64,000 bases of DNA from Andalucia godoyi And28 (GCA_009859145.1 VRVR01000015.1:1-64000), one strand, 5' to 3'. Shown: positions 48,963 through 59,771, counted from the stretch's first letter. The notes: generated from the letters alone by a model not told the origin. Made by a program: numbers and translations.

Positions 48963-51356
48963 ATGTCTGTGTTTGGAATTGATTTTGGAAACGAGTCTCT
49001 CGTTATGGCCTCGGCAGGCCGTGGTGGAGTCAACATTGTGACGAACGAGGCGTCGAATCGACTTACGCCATCCATGGTAGGGTTCGGGGAGGGTGCACGC
49101 GCGATTGGAGAGGCTGCGCTCACTCAGTCTGTGTCCAACTTCCGGGGAACCGCTCGTGATATTAAGCGGTTTATTGGAAAAGACCATGCAGAACAAGAGG
49201 ATTTGGCGCATCTTCCGTCTCGATCGATCGTTGCGGCGAGCGTGGAGGACGGGGATGTTGCGTCGGATAAGGGCGGTGTGCGGTTCCGAGCTGTTGTTCA
49301 TGGAGATTCGTATTTGTTCAGACCTGAGCAAGTGCTGGCAATGCTGCTGAAGAAGCTGCATGGATTTGTACCGCCACAGCAAGCTACCAACGACGCCGTT
49401 ATTGCGGTTCCTGCGTATTTTGACCAGGGTCAGAGAATCGCCGTAATGAATGCTGCGAAGATTGCTGGACTTAACTGTCTTGCGGTGATGAACGATTTGA
49501 CGGCCGCTGCTCTGGACTATGCGCTGTTCCGCGGTGCCGAGCTGCCAGCCGAAGACTCCGACAAGCCGGAAAACATCGTGATTGTCGATGTGGGCCACTC
49601 GGCGCTCAAGGTTGCGTGCGTGTCACTTCGGAGAGGCCTGGTGAATGTCAAGGCACATGGATATGACATCAACTTTGGATCCCGCGTCTTGGATGTGGCA
49701 CTTGCAAACCACTATGCTGCAGACTGGGAGAAAAAGACGGGAGTTCCCCTTCGCGCAGAGTATCCGAAATCCATGATGCGCTTGGTGCAAGCCTGCGAAA
49801 AGGTCAAGAAGACGCTCTCTGCGAATGCACAGGCGCAGCTCAACATCGAGTGCCTGGCTGAAGATAGAGACATGAACTATCTTGTGTCCAGAGAATTTTT
49901 GGAACAGCTGGTTGAGCCCCTGCTTGCACGCGCTCTGGAACCAGTCCGTTCAGCATTGGAACTGGCTGGCTGGGCACCAAAGGATGTCACGGCGGTGGAA
50001 ATGATCGGAGGGGGGTCTCGTATCCCTGCAGTCAAGAAATTGCTGGCGGATTACTTTGGCCAGGAGTGCAAGACCAGGTTGAATGCGTCTGAAGCAATCT
50101 GCCGTGGTGCTGCAATTGAATGCGCGATTTTGTCACCCCATTTCAAGGTTCGCGAAACACAGGTCAAGGACGCGCATACGGCGTCGGAGCTCTCAATGGC
50201 ATGGACGCCAAAGGGTCGGGCAGAACCGAAGGTGTCGACTGTTTTCGAGAAGAATGCACCGTACCCTGCAGTGAAGATGGTGTCCCTGGACCGAAGTGCA
50301 ATTGACGGGAACTCGCTGGAAATCACGCTTGGACCGCGAGTGGGCGTCGCCGCCGTTTCGGGCATCCCACCAGCCCAGGATGGCAAGACAATGACCGTGA
50401 AGCTGAGGCTTGGACTCAATGTGTCCGGTTTGTATTCTGTCGAAGGAGCGGAAGTCGTTACAGAATGGGACGAGGAGAAGGTGGAAGAAAAGTCAAAGGA
50501 GGAGGCCAAGGAAGGGGATGTCGCCGCTGCACCTGCCGCTGCAGAGGAAAAGAAACCGGCAATCGTTCGCAAGAAGCAGCGTGCGGACCTCAAAGTTGAG
50601 ATGCGGTATGCCCCGGAGCTCAATGTCATGTCATCAAAGCTGATCGATGATGCCGTCTTGTTGGAAGGACAATTGCTTGCTCAGGACAAGCTGATAATGG
50701 ATACCTGGGATCGCAAGAATGCTTTGGAGTCGTACATTTATGCCCTCCGCTCCAAGATTTACGACGACAATGTTCTGGCGCCTTTCGTGACGGAGGACGT
50801 GACAAACCAGTTTTCCAAGGCCCTCGAAGATGCCGAATCGTGGTTGTACTCGGAAGAAGGCGAGAACGCAGCAAAGCAGGCGTATGTTGACCGCTTGAAT
50901 GCACTCAAGAAGATTGGAGACCCCATCGAACTTCGGCACTCGGAATTCTTCGAGAGGCCGTCCATGTTAGACTTTTTGTCCAAGACGATTGCGTCTGTAA
51001 GGGAGAAGGCTGCTGCCTTCCAAGGCGTTGGCGCGGACGAGGATCGCACGAAGGTTGTTGCAATGTGCGATGAGGCAGGGGCGTGGCTTGCAAAGGCCAA
51101 TGCAGCGCTTTCGCAGACTGCTCGCCATGTTACCCCCTCCATTCTGTGCAGAGAAATTGCAGATCGTGCCAACAAACTGATCAGTGATGCAAAGCCGCTC
51201 CTGAACAAGAAGAGGGACGCGCCGAAAGTCGAAGCCGATGTCAAGATGGAGGATTCTCAACCCCAGGAGAACCTGCCGAAGGATGCCGACGCCGAAGAGA
51301 TTGTGATTAATCAGGCGGACTCGAATGCACATGCGGAAACCATGGATCTTGATTAA
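48963..51356 (+). CDS. HSP110: HSP110/Sse1-type chaperone (Hsp70 superfamily nucleotide exchange factor)
   Basis: VFGIDFGNES, NEASNRLTP, IAVPAYF, EMIGGGSRIP, LNASEAICRGAA, DRKNALESYIY, WLYSEEGE, LKKIGDPI. Confidence 0.95.
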   Translation: MSVFGIDFGNESLVMASAGRGGVNIVTNEASNRLTPSMVGFGEGARAIGEAALTQSVSNFRGTARDIKRFIGKDHAEQEDLAHLPSRSIVAASVEDGDVASDKGGVRFRAVVHGDSYLFRPEQVLAMLLKKLHGFVPPQQATNDAVIAVPAYFDQGQRIAVMNAAKIAGLNCLAVMNDLTAAALDYALFRGAELPAEDSDKPENIVIVDVGHSALKVACVSLRRGLVNVKAHGYDINFGSRVLDVALANHYAADWEKKTGVPLRAEYPKSMMRLVQACEKVKKTLSANAQAQLNIECLAEDRDMNYLVSREFLEQLVEPLLARALEPVRSALELAGWAPKDVTAVEMIGGGSRIPAVKKLLADYFGQECKTRLNASEAICRGAAIECAILSPHFKVRETQVKDAHTASELSMAWTPKGRAEPKVSTVFEKNAPYPAVKMVSLDRSAIDGNSLEITLGPRVGVAAVSGIPPAQDGKTMTVKLRLGLNVSGLYSVEGAEVVTEWDEEKVEEKSKEEAKEGDVAAAPAAAEEKKPAIVRKKQRADLKVEMRYAPELNVMSSKLIDDAVLLEGQLLAQDKLIMDTWDRKNALESYIYALRSKIYDDNVLAPFVTEDVTNQFSKALEDAESWLYSEEGENAAKQAYVDRLNALKKIGDPIELRHSEFFERPSMLDFLSKTIASVREKAAAFQGVGADEDRTKVVAMCDEAGAWLAKANAALSQTARHVTPSILCREIADRANKLISDAKPLLNKKRDAPKVEADVKMEDSQPQENLPKDADAEEIVINQADSNAHAETMDLD

Positions 51357-51390
51357 AGGCCTCGTTGGAGATTACATGTGATGATGTGTT

Positions 51391-51391
<1 letters not shown>

Positions 51392-51471
<80 letters not shown>
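51392..51471. repeat. (CT)n microsatellite
   Basis: Perfect run about 35 nt after the HSP110 stop. Confidence 0.97.
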
Positions 51472-51473
<2 letters not shown>

Positions 51474-52899
51474 ATTCTTTCATTCTTCACGGTAAACCTA
51501 CAGATTTATTACAGCCATCAGGACGCTCTCATTTCAATAGCAACAAAGAGAGAGTATGTGATCTAAGAACTATGTTTTTTTAAAGAATAAAACTGACTCA
51601 TACAATTCACAAAAGATTATAAAGATGATTTACTGGAAAGGGAAGGACACTGTATCACTGTGCACTGTTCATCGTGTCATCTCCACCATCATCAATTGGA
51701 ACAATTTGTTCATCCGGTGCACAGTTCACTTCCTCGATGGAAAGATCTTCCAGGACGTGCCCTTGCCACTCGACATGAGCAGCCCGTCGACATAAGAAGA
51801 ATCTGACCCTGCAGGCATTTCAATAATCTCGGGGACGCGGTTTCCTTTTCGGCAACCTCAAAGACTGCATCGTCGGTCGGAAGAAGCACCAGCAGAGGGA
51901 ACAGAAGCAGAAGTAGGAAACGGGTGCAGGAGACGGGATTGAGAAAAGGAAATTTTAAAATTTAAAAAAACGGAAGAAAGCATCGGAATCTCTGAGTTCA
52001 ATTATATGGAAGCGCCCTTATTGCTATTGTTCACAGCATCCTCTTCTTTCTTGGGATGTCCATTACTGTGCTGCATCACACACGTGCAACAGCGGTGTGT
52101 GTGTAAACTGCTAGAAGAAGCAGCATCTGTTGCAACATCGGCGGAAGGAGGATGTGGTGTATCCGTCGTCTTGGCGCCCGTCAGCTTGACGACACAAGCG
52201 AGCGTCAGAGGGGCGCCGCGGAAATGTCATACGTCTTGCGCAGCGTGGCAGGGGGTCATGCACATTGGCATCGAGTGGAAAATGAAGAAAAAAAGACGAT
52301 TGAAGCAAGTAAACGCGAACTGGCTATGGTTGCTGTTTTAAAGAATGTCCCAAAAATTAGCGTCTGAACAATTTGGGGACATTCGAGCTAAGCAGCGTTG
52401 AACCTTGGGTTGCAGTTGTTAAACGAACAAATCCGGATTCTCATCTTCGTTTGCTTGTAGTTTTTTTTTATATATATTTTAAACGTGCGTTCATGCATGT
52501 TGCTTGTTGTCGCCTTTGTGACAAACGACAGGCGGTCAGAGCACGGGGGTTTAATATTTGCATATGCGCAGTTTCACTGGAAGGCCTGCTCTCCGGATTC
52601 CAGTGCACTGTATCCCGGCCTTCCAGCGGTCAGTTCGAGCATCTAAATGAAATCAGTAGAAGTGGATAGAAGTCCCACCAAAACAAATCAAAACACACAA
52701 ATGTCGAGGAATCTCCTATCCCCTCGGAATGGTGGCAAGCGAGAGAAGAAAAAAAGAGCTGAACGATTGAATGCCGTTCAAAGAATTTCCAGCATATCAG
52801 TCGGTTGTCTGTGAAGTACTTTCTCCTTGCGAATTTCGAAGCCAGTTTGTCGAAGTATTCGAGCAGTCGGAAGAACGAACGCATTTCTCTATTGACTCC

Positions 52900-54204
52900 A
52901 TGGGCAGAAACAGGAACAGAAGCGGCAGCAGCACAGAAGAGAGCAAACAGCACAATGCTGACACCCTTTCGGATCATGCGTCGAGCGACGACGGCGGCCA
53001 CAAGATCAAATCCGAGGCATTTGTCTTGTACGAGACTGCGTGGTCGCCGTTCAGCGCCAAAGTTCGAGGTGCTTTGAACTACCTCGGACTTCCGTTCAAA
53101 CCCGTCGAAATCCAGTCGGTGTCCGAGCACGTCCTTCGCTACCTCGAATCTCGCGCAACAAATCCAGCGGTGGAAAGCTCCGTGGAAAAGAAACGCAGCG
53201 AAGCGCCGGCATCCGCATCCGCATCCGCATCCGCACCAGCGCTCAAGCACGAGGCACATGTGGAGCATCACTTGCGAACTCCCGTTCTTGTCGACCACAA
53301 CATGCAGGGCGTCGTGATCGAGTCGTCCGACGCGATTCTCACACACCTCAATGCATTCTACACTGACGAAGCAAAGCAGCTGGTACCAAACGATGGCATT
53401 AAGAAAATGCTACGTGCACTGGACGAGGACATTGGCTTGGCTGGCAGAAAGCTTGCGTACACGAGAATCTCCTTGATGGATGCCTCCGTGTTTGCCGACT
53501 TGTACTATGCGCACAAGCGAACCTACCTGCGGTTGCCGTGGATCCGTTTCCTGACAGGAATGCTCATCGCCATGTCCACAGTGTCCGAGTACGATCTTCA
53601 CTTGAACGAGCAGAATCACGTCCTGGAAAATCTAGAAGCTGTATTGTGGAATGAATGGCTTCCTCGGGTGCATCGGGCACAAGAGAACAGCGAGTGGCTC
53701 GCTGGCCCGGTCTTCACAATGGTCGACATTGCATTCTCCGAATTTCTGCGCCCTCTCTTGATTGTCCCAAGAATTGCCAACGACGTTCGGTTCAAGGAGC
53801 TTTTGGATTTCCAGAAACGAGCTATTGCTCACGGAAACCTCGACCCGATCGAAAATTGCCTGTGGTGCCAGCTTGCCAGCCAGCTAAAACATCGGTCACT
53901 GTGGCACTTCCCCATTGATGTGGCGATCATTAGCACTCGGAAAGCAGAGCAGCTTGTGCGCAGCATCGCTTCCTCCTCGAATTACGTTGGACGCATTCGC
54001 AATCGCATTCCACTGTTTCAAACGGCATCCGCCATACAAGACGCCCAAGCATCGAGCGGTGCTTCCGAGGACCTCATCATCAAGCTGCACAATTCGCGAT
54101 CAAAGGGACTCGTTTCCGGGACCATTGATCTTGCCGCCGGCCTTGTATCCAGCGGATACAATTTCTGGGTTGGAATTCGTCCGCAGCTGTGGTCAACCGG
54201 GTAA
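52900..54204 (+). CDS. Glutathione S-transferase-fold protein (GST_N thioredoxin-like plus GST_C)
   Basis: LYETAWSPFSAKVRGALNYLGLPF, cis-Pro RTPVLVD, IESSDAILTHL and FTMVDIAF. An in-frame ATG at 52771 is an alternative start. Confidence 0.8.
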   Translation: MGRNRNRSGSSTEESKQHNADTLSDHASSDDGGHKIKSEAFVLYETAWSPFSAKVRGALNYLGLPFKPVEIQSVSEHVLRYLESRATNPAVESSVEKKRSEAPASASASASAPALKHEAHVEHHLRTPVLVDHNMQGVVIESSDAILTHLNAFYTDEAKQLVPNDGIKKMLRALDEDIGLAGRKLAYTRISLMDASVFADLYYAHKRTYLRLPWIRFLTGMLIAMSTVSEYDLHLNEQNHVLENLEAVLWNEWLPRVHRAQENSEWLAGPVFTMVDIAFSEFLRPLLIVPRIANDVRFKELLDFQKRAIAHGNLDPIENCLWCQLASQLKHRSLWHFPIDVAIISTRKAEQLVRSIASSSNYVGRIRNRIPLFQTASAIQDAQASSGASEDLIIKLHNSRSKGLVSGTIDLAAGLVSSGYNFWVGIRPQLWSTG

Positions 54205-54320
54205 TCAAAGCACCGCTCGGTGCCATCGAGATTTGCTTCCTCCCCTACCCAGTGCTTCATCCCTTTTTTCTTGTTGGAGGCTTTTTATTATTATTTAAAT
54301 TTAAGTTTAAATTATTGTTA

Positions 54321-55151
54321 TCACACAGTCTTTGTAGTGGTAGAGGGGGGAATTCCCTCGCACTTTGTGGATCGAACCTCCTGTTCGTATTTGTCGTAAA
54401 GAAAACAAGTAGATAACACGCACCCTTCCGGACAAAGCCTCCACAAATCTTCATACCGGACTACCTGCAGCGTAATTTGTTCGCCTTCGTGTGTGCAGCC
54501 CGTAACTTTGCCATCAAACTGCAAGATCTGCTGCAGTGGCATCTCAGCTTCGTATACAAATACTTTCAGAAACTCATCGCAGCCGCCCGGAGACGGATAG
54601 ATTCCCTGGAAAATTCTGCCGCTTGGATGGCTTCCATAGAAATGGTCGTACAAATCGACAAGTCTGCCTCCTGATGCAGTGGCGTCCAGTCCAGTTTCTT
54701 CAAGCAGCTCGCGACGGGCGACGGATGCTGCATCTGATTCGTCGTCCAGCATACCAGCCGGAATTTCCGGGAACTGAAAAATCGACGCGGGGATCCGTGG
54801 CTGCGCTGTAACAATCGAATATCGAGGTGTTCCTTCAACATCCTGCGCACGCAGAACAACAAGAATGCAAACGGCACCGCCTCTCATAAAGACGATACCC
54901 GGAACCTGTGTTCCATCGGGCCCGAACGTCGTCGTTTTGAATTTTAAGAATCCAACACGCGTTCCAAAATAGTCAAGCGACTGAAATTCAATCGCCTTCA
55001 CCTTGAAACGCGATTCTCGTCCAATTCGATCTCGCCAACTCTGAAACATTCCGCAAGAAACAGCATCCTCAATCCGCAGCTTGCCTTCCATCCCACTGCT
55101 CACCGAAACCTCGCATTCCGATTCTCCAATCTGAATCACTGTTGCCTGCAT
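54321..55151 (-). CDS. Nudix hydrolase, ADP-sugar pyrophosphatase (plant NUDT14/ASPP)-like
   Basis: DYFGTRVGFLKF, VPGIVFMRGGAV, Nudix box PAGMLDD...ARRELLEETGL, YPSPGGCDE, EGEQITL. Confidence 0.9.
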   Translation of the reverse strand: MQATVIQIGESECEVSVSSGMEGKLRIEDAVSCGMFQSWRDRIGRESRFKVKAIEFQSLDYFGTRVGFLKFKTTTFGPDGTQVPGIVFMRGGAVCILVVLRAQDVEGTPRYSIVTAQPRIPASIFQFPEIPAGMLDDESDAASVARRELLEETGLDATASGGRLVDLYDHFYGSHPSGRIFQGIYPSPGGCDEFLKVFVYEAEMPLQQILQFDGKVTGCTHEGEQITLQVVRYEDLWRLCPEGCVLSTCFLYDKYEQEVRSTKCEGIPPSTTTKTV

Positions 55152-55437
55152 CGTTCCACCCTCATCAATAATTCAGTCATTCAAAGAACAGCATTCGTTT
55201 TTTGTTTTTTTTTTGGGAGCCTTTCGGAGTCTTCTCGACTTTTGTCAGACGACAACAAAAACAAAAACAAAAGATTGAAAAAAAGAAAACACAAACAGTG
55301 GTAACGGTCGTATCGTCCGTTTTCTTCCCCCCACTTTTGCTTCCTGCAAGTTTCCCTATTCCTGTTTAGCCTTTTGCCGCCTATGGCTGTTCGCGAGAGA
55401 AGACTTTGGCCTTTTTCCCCTGTTTTTTTCTCTTTCC

Positions 55438-55440
<3 letters not shown>

Positions 55441-55470
<30 letters not shown>
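55441..55470. repeat. (GT)n microsatellite
   Basis: (GT)15 upstream of USO1. Confidence 0.95.
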
Positions 55471-55475
<5 letters not shown>

Positions 55476-55539
55476 TTTGTTGTCGAATTGACGTGGTTTG
55501 CAAACGACGGAAGCAGGTGGAAAGCAGCGTGGATTTGGA

Positions 55540-57939
55540 ATGAACTTTCTTCGGTCTGGAGTAAGCACTCTTCTTGGCGCAGCACGCACTGCAGACATTG
55601 AGGAAGAGACGGATGTTGCTGTGCTGACTGCGCGTTTGACATCCTCAACTGCGCAATTCGAGGATCTCAGAGCGTCGATTCAGCAACTTGCGTTGTTGAT
55701 TAGCGACCATGAAGAAAAGTTCACGAATGATACTGTGCTGGCACTGTTCCAGACGATTCCAAAGATCAAGCAGGACTTCGGGACACTGCGAACAGCATTG
55801 GATTTGCTCGATACACTGATCTCATCCATGGAATCAACTGGGAAATCGCTCAAAGAAGACAGATTCAGCATTTTTGGAACATCAGAATATCCAATGCAGT
55901 CGCTTTTGCTGCTGCTGACAGAAAAGAAGGCGCAAATCCGCCTTTTTGCATTGCAGATTCTGTCGTGCGTTGTGCATCATGCAGCAGCGCTACCAGACTA
56001 TCGGTCGTTCATCGAGAATATAATTGTGTCGACGCCACAAGGAATTGCGCATATTATTGATGCGCTGTCGGACGATCGCGATGTGATACGCAACGAAGCG
56101 CTGCTCGTCGTTACGAACCTTGCTCGTTGCAGGGAGGAACTGCAAAAGATTCTAGTGTTTGAAGGTGTTCTCGAGTCGTTGTTCAAAATCATCAAGCAGG
56201 AGGGAGTCTTCACGGGTGGTGTCATTGTGACGGACGCGCTGAAATGCATGCGAGATTTGCTGGCAAATTCATCGTCGAATCAAAAGTACTTCCGTGAATC
56301 TGGACTATTTGCGGGTCTTGCACAGTTGTTTTCCCAGATCAAGGATGCAACAGAGGACACAACGCAGACTCAAAACGTGACGAGTCTTGTGTTTGAGCTG
56401 CTAAGCTTCCTGCTGTCGGATCCCCAAAATCGATCGGCTCTGGTGAAGGCAAAGTTTGTCCATTCATTGGTGTCTGTGGCTGCAAGTCCCAATCCCGCAG
56501 TCAAACTTCGCAAGGACTGCTTGTATTTGCTCCGAAGGCTTGTAGATCGACAGCGCGACGCTTCTCGAGAATTGTTGGTGTCGGCAGTGGAGGAGTCAAT
56601 GTCGCTGATGGCTCTTGTTTTCGATCGAAGTGGGGATAAACAAATGCGAGCTCTGATCGCAGACATCTATCGTCGAGCACTCAGTTCTTCCGAGGAAGCG
56701 CAGATCTCCATGGCCAAGCTGATCGCTACGGATATTAACCCCGATGCTTCGGACGCACATCACATTGTGATTGATGCAATCCGCTTAACCTCGGAGCCGG
56801 GCGATAATCCTGCGGAGTGGTTCTTCGCCGTCATGTTTTTGGTCGGAATTATTGACAAGAACGCAGTCTCGAAAGATCTCTTGCTGGATGCAGTATTTGG
56901 AAAATTGATGAAGAAGGTTTCGGCGCTTCTGAAAGCATCCAGCTCGATCACTCTGCAGATTTGTGGCTTGCTGCAGATTCTCATTTGCTTCCTTGACGGG
57001 CATCCTCGGTCGGCAGCATCTTTTGTTTCGTCCTCGTCCTTGTTCTCGTTCATGGACTCTATAGAGAAACCGGAATTGTCCATGTACGTTCGGGGATTCG
57101 TGAATTTACTGTGCACTGTACTTCTTCCCCTTCTTCCGGAAGACGACAGCACCGCCCGCGTGTCGCGTTCGCAGTTTTTCAGCATTCTGTCAAAGCGCGT
57201 TGGCATTGACGGTCTTGAAGAGAGTCTGGCGCACCTATATGCCTCGGCGGCTTTCTCCAAATGGTCTCAAGTGCCAGATGACCAGTTTTGCGACGCAGTC
57301 GTTGCGAATATCAACCAGTTCGAACCGGTCATCGACACCTGGTTTGCCGGTGTGCTTCAGAATCAGCTGCGAGATTTTCAGAAGACCTTCCTTGGATTGT
57401 ACGCGTCTACGTTGACTTCACCTGCGCCCCAGCAGGCATCGCCTAATAATGCGGCTTCGGCAGCAATGGCTGATGAATTGAAGGCCAAGGAAATGTTGAT
57501 TCAGTCGTTGCGAACGCAGATCCAGTCCCTCCGTGACCAGCTGGACAAGAAAGCGAGCTCTGGGAGTAGCGGGGGTGATGCAGAGATGAAGACTGCGCTG
57601 TGTTCGCTTCTTGAGCAATTTGCAAGTGTTGAATCAACGGTGCGTTCGCGACTGTCTCCGCTCGTGAATATCCCATTGCAAGCTCCTCTGTCCCCCTTTT
57701 CGTACAATTCGCAGCACTTGTTTGGTGCACACACGAAGGAGTCATTGAAACTGATTGCCGAGCAGTCCCAAAAGCTGAGCAGCACGCTCATGTCTCATTT
57801 TTCGAGTGCGGAAAGGCGAATTGCCGGGCTTGTGGAGGAAAAGGCCAAGCTGCAACAGGAATTGCAAGAAACCATGGATGACCGAGATGATCTGTTCGTT
57901 TGGCTGCAGGATCTTGAAGAGAAATCGAGTTCGAATTAA
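55540..57939 (+). CDS. USO1: Vesicle tethering factor Uso1/p115
   Basis: LSDDRDVIRNEALL, LQKILVFEGVLESLFKIIKQEG, GGVIVTDAL, NSSSNQKYFRES; C-terminal DDRDDLFVWLQD; short coiled coil. ATG 55540. Confidence 0.9.
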   Translation: MNFLRSGVSTLLGAARTADIEEETDVAVLTARLTSSTAQFEDLRASIQQLALLISDHEEKFTNDTVLALFQTIPKIKQDFGTLRTALDLLDTLISSMESTGKSLKEDRFSIFGTSEYPMQSLLLLLTEKKAQIRLFALQILSCVVHHAAALPDYRSFIENIIVSTPQGIAHIIDALSDDRDVIRNEALLVVTNLARCREELQKILVFEGVLESLFKIIKQEGVFTGGVIVTDALKCMRDLLANSSSNQKYFRESGLFAGLAQLFSQIKDATEDTTQTQNVTSLVFELLSFLLSDPQNRSALVKAKFVHSLVSVAASPNPAVKLRKDCLYLLRRLVDRQRDASRELLVSAVEESMSLMALVFDRSGDKQMRALIADIYRRALSSSEEAQISMAKLIATDINPDASDAHHIVIDAIRLTSEPGDNPAEWFFAVMFLVGIIDKNAVSKDLLLDAVFGKLMKKVSALLKASSSITLQICGLLQILICFLDGHPRSAASFVSSSSLFSFMDSIEKPELSMYVRGFVNLLCTVLLPLLPEDDSTARVSRSQFFSILSKRVGIDGLEESLAHLYASAAFSKWSQVPDDQFCDAVVANINQFEPVIDTWFAGVLQNQLRDFQKTFLGLYASTLTSPAPQQASPNNAASAAMADELKAKEMLIQSLRTQIQSLRDQLDKKASSGSSGGDAEMKTALCSLLEQFASVESTVRSRLSPLVNIPLQAPLSPFSYNSQHLFGAHTKESLKLIAEQSQKLSSTLMSHFSSAERRIAGLVEEKAKLQQELQETMDDRDDLFVWLQDLEEKSSSN

Positions 57940-57966
57940 TGTTTGTTGCTTTGCTCTCCGTGTCTG

Positions 57967-59697
57967 TCACGCTTCTCTTCTGTTGAAATTACGGACCTCT
58001 GTCAGCGTCAGGCACGTTCCAAGTGTCCACAAAGGTCTTGCGTGGGGAGTTTCCGTTTCTGATGGCGATGTCGATGTCGATGTCGATGTTGTTGGCGATG
58101 CCGATTGTCCTCGTGCTCTTGCAAACAGACTCGTGGCATGTACAGTCATCTTTCCAAGAATCCCTGCTTTGCTTGGGAGAGCCTCGTGCTCCTCATCAAG
58201 ATTCCGATTTTTGCATGCAATCCGCCCCACATCCCATCTGCATTTTTGATTCATGTTCGGAAAGGCAACGGACAGTTGCAAGCACGAATCCGCTGCGCAA
58301 ATTCCAATTGGAGGGAGAACATATTCTCCGTACAGCATGTTTGGAGACACAAGAACCAAGAATATTGTGGTAATCAGCTGCTTGCTATCGTAAATTTTGC
58401 AGGTTGTTATGAATGGGATGTCCGTACTCTGAAATTGCGCAAGGACATGCAGGGTATAGCAGTGAGAAGTGATGATCTTGCTGTCCTGATGGATGTACCG
58501 ATTTCTTGTGTTGTCTCGTATCCACACCCTTGGAAAAACGTGGATTTCTTTCGCTGCATCGGCACCCAGACCTTGTTGACTGCTTGCACAGCATGCAGAC
58601 GGCGATACTGACGGTGTCGCCTGAACCGCAAACAACGAACGCTTGGTATTTTCTGTTGATGATCCCGTTCCAAGCGGCGAAGTCGGCACGGCCGTGAGCT
58701 TTCCAGGTTTCTCCTGTCTTGACGGTAGTGGTCCTTCCGGAAAAGAGCGGGGATGCGGGAACGGTCTCGTCTCTTTCGGAGTGTGTTCTGAGCAAAAGTG
58801 ATCCTGAGGGTTCGTATTGTGGCTTGCGAATGCCTCCTCCGATGGAACTGTTGATGCGGATTCTTGCAGCGCCGGTTCGTCGTCGTTTGCTTGGGACTGC
58901 GCTACCTTGGAATCGACATCGCTGCTTGCGCAATGTGGAGACTGCTCCGCGACCGTCTTGCCCGTGTTCAAACAGCTTGCGATTCGACCCGCCTCCTTTC
59001 GGGATTCTCGTTTTTTCTTTTCCAGCTTTTCCCTGTAAATCTTGAAGATCTGCTGACTTTCGTCCAGTTCTATTGCTTTTGTGCATTTTGGACACATGCG
59101 AATCGTATATCTTGTTGCGAGCATTCTGTATTCGCAGCCAAGATGGAAAGAATGTCCGCAGCGCAGCGTGTGCCAGTCTTGAATCTGCCCGTCGATGCTT
59201 TCATCCAGAAGGCAAATTCCACAATCGGTATCTTTCCAGATGCTTGCAATTTCTTCTGGCAATCTGTTCCTGACATACTCGACATAGGGCGGGTCCCATA
59301 AGCTGTCTTTGACGAGCACGCTTCGCTTCCTGCGTTCCGTTTCGTCGTAGGTCTCTTCTTTTTCGTATTCTACGGCTTTTGACCATCCGAATATTGCCTG
59401 TTGCTCCTTCCATTTCTGAACGATGAAATCAGACACGTAGTGTGCTCTTGAGCCGTACATCCACTGACCCAAAATTCTCTGTGTACCAGGATGCATCTCA
59501 CGGACAAGCCTGTTTGCAATGTTCTCGAAAGCAGCCGCATTCTCCAGTCTCATTCTTCCCAGGAGCAAGCCCGGATTCTGCCGGTAACGTTCTGCAATGT
59601 CCTGGACCGTGCGCCTGTGCAACCGAGACATCTTGAATGGATATTTGACAGTATAACGAGAAGCCGCAGGCTGACTACCTTGTCTTTTGGAATTCAT
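57967..59697 (-). CDS. RING-H2 finger protein with unrecognised flanking domains
   Basis: CGIC...CGHSFHLGC...CPKC (C3H2C3 spacing); ATG 59697. Confidence 0.8.
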   Translation of the reverse strand: MNSKRQGSQPAASRYTVKYPFKMSRLHRRTVQDIAERYRQNPGLLLGRMRLENAAAFENIANRLVREMHPGTQRILGQWMYGSRAHYVSDFIVQKWKEQQAIFGWSKAVEYEKEETYDETERRKRSVLVKDSLWDPPYVEYVRNRLPEEIASIWKDTDCGICLLDESIDGQIQDWHTLRCGHSFHLGCEYRMLATRYTIRMCPKCTKAIELDESQQIFKIYREKLEKKKRESRKEAGRIASCLNTGKTVAEQSPHCASSDVDSKVAQSQANDDEPALQESASTVPSEEAFASHNTNPQDHFCSEHTPKETRPFPHPRSFPEGPLPSRQEKPGKLTAVPTSPLGTGSSTENTKRSLFAVQATPSVSPSACCASSQQGLGADAAKEIHVFPRVWIRDNTRNRYIHQDSKIITSHCYTLHVLAQFQSTDIPFITTCKIYDSKQLITTIFLVLVSPNMLYGEYVLPPIGICAADSCLQLSVAFPNMNQKCRWDVGRIACKNRNLDEEHEALPSKAGILGKMTVHATSLFARARGQSASPTTSTSTSTSPSETETPHARPLWTLGTCLTLTEVRNFNRREA

Positions 59698-59769
59698 CCG
59701 TGTTTCCCCCTGAATTTGAATGGCGCGTGCGCGCGAGAGAGATAGAGAATATATATGTATGATGCGCGC

Positions 59770-59771
<2 letters not shown>

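Noticed and set aside
52006-52367. Two overlapping short plus-strand ORFs (111 aa and 71 aa)
   Set aside because: No motif or homology was recognised and I could not choose between the frames.
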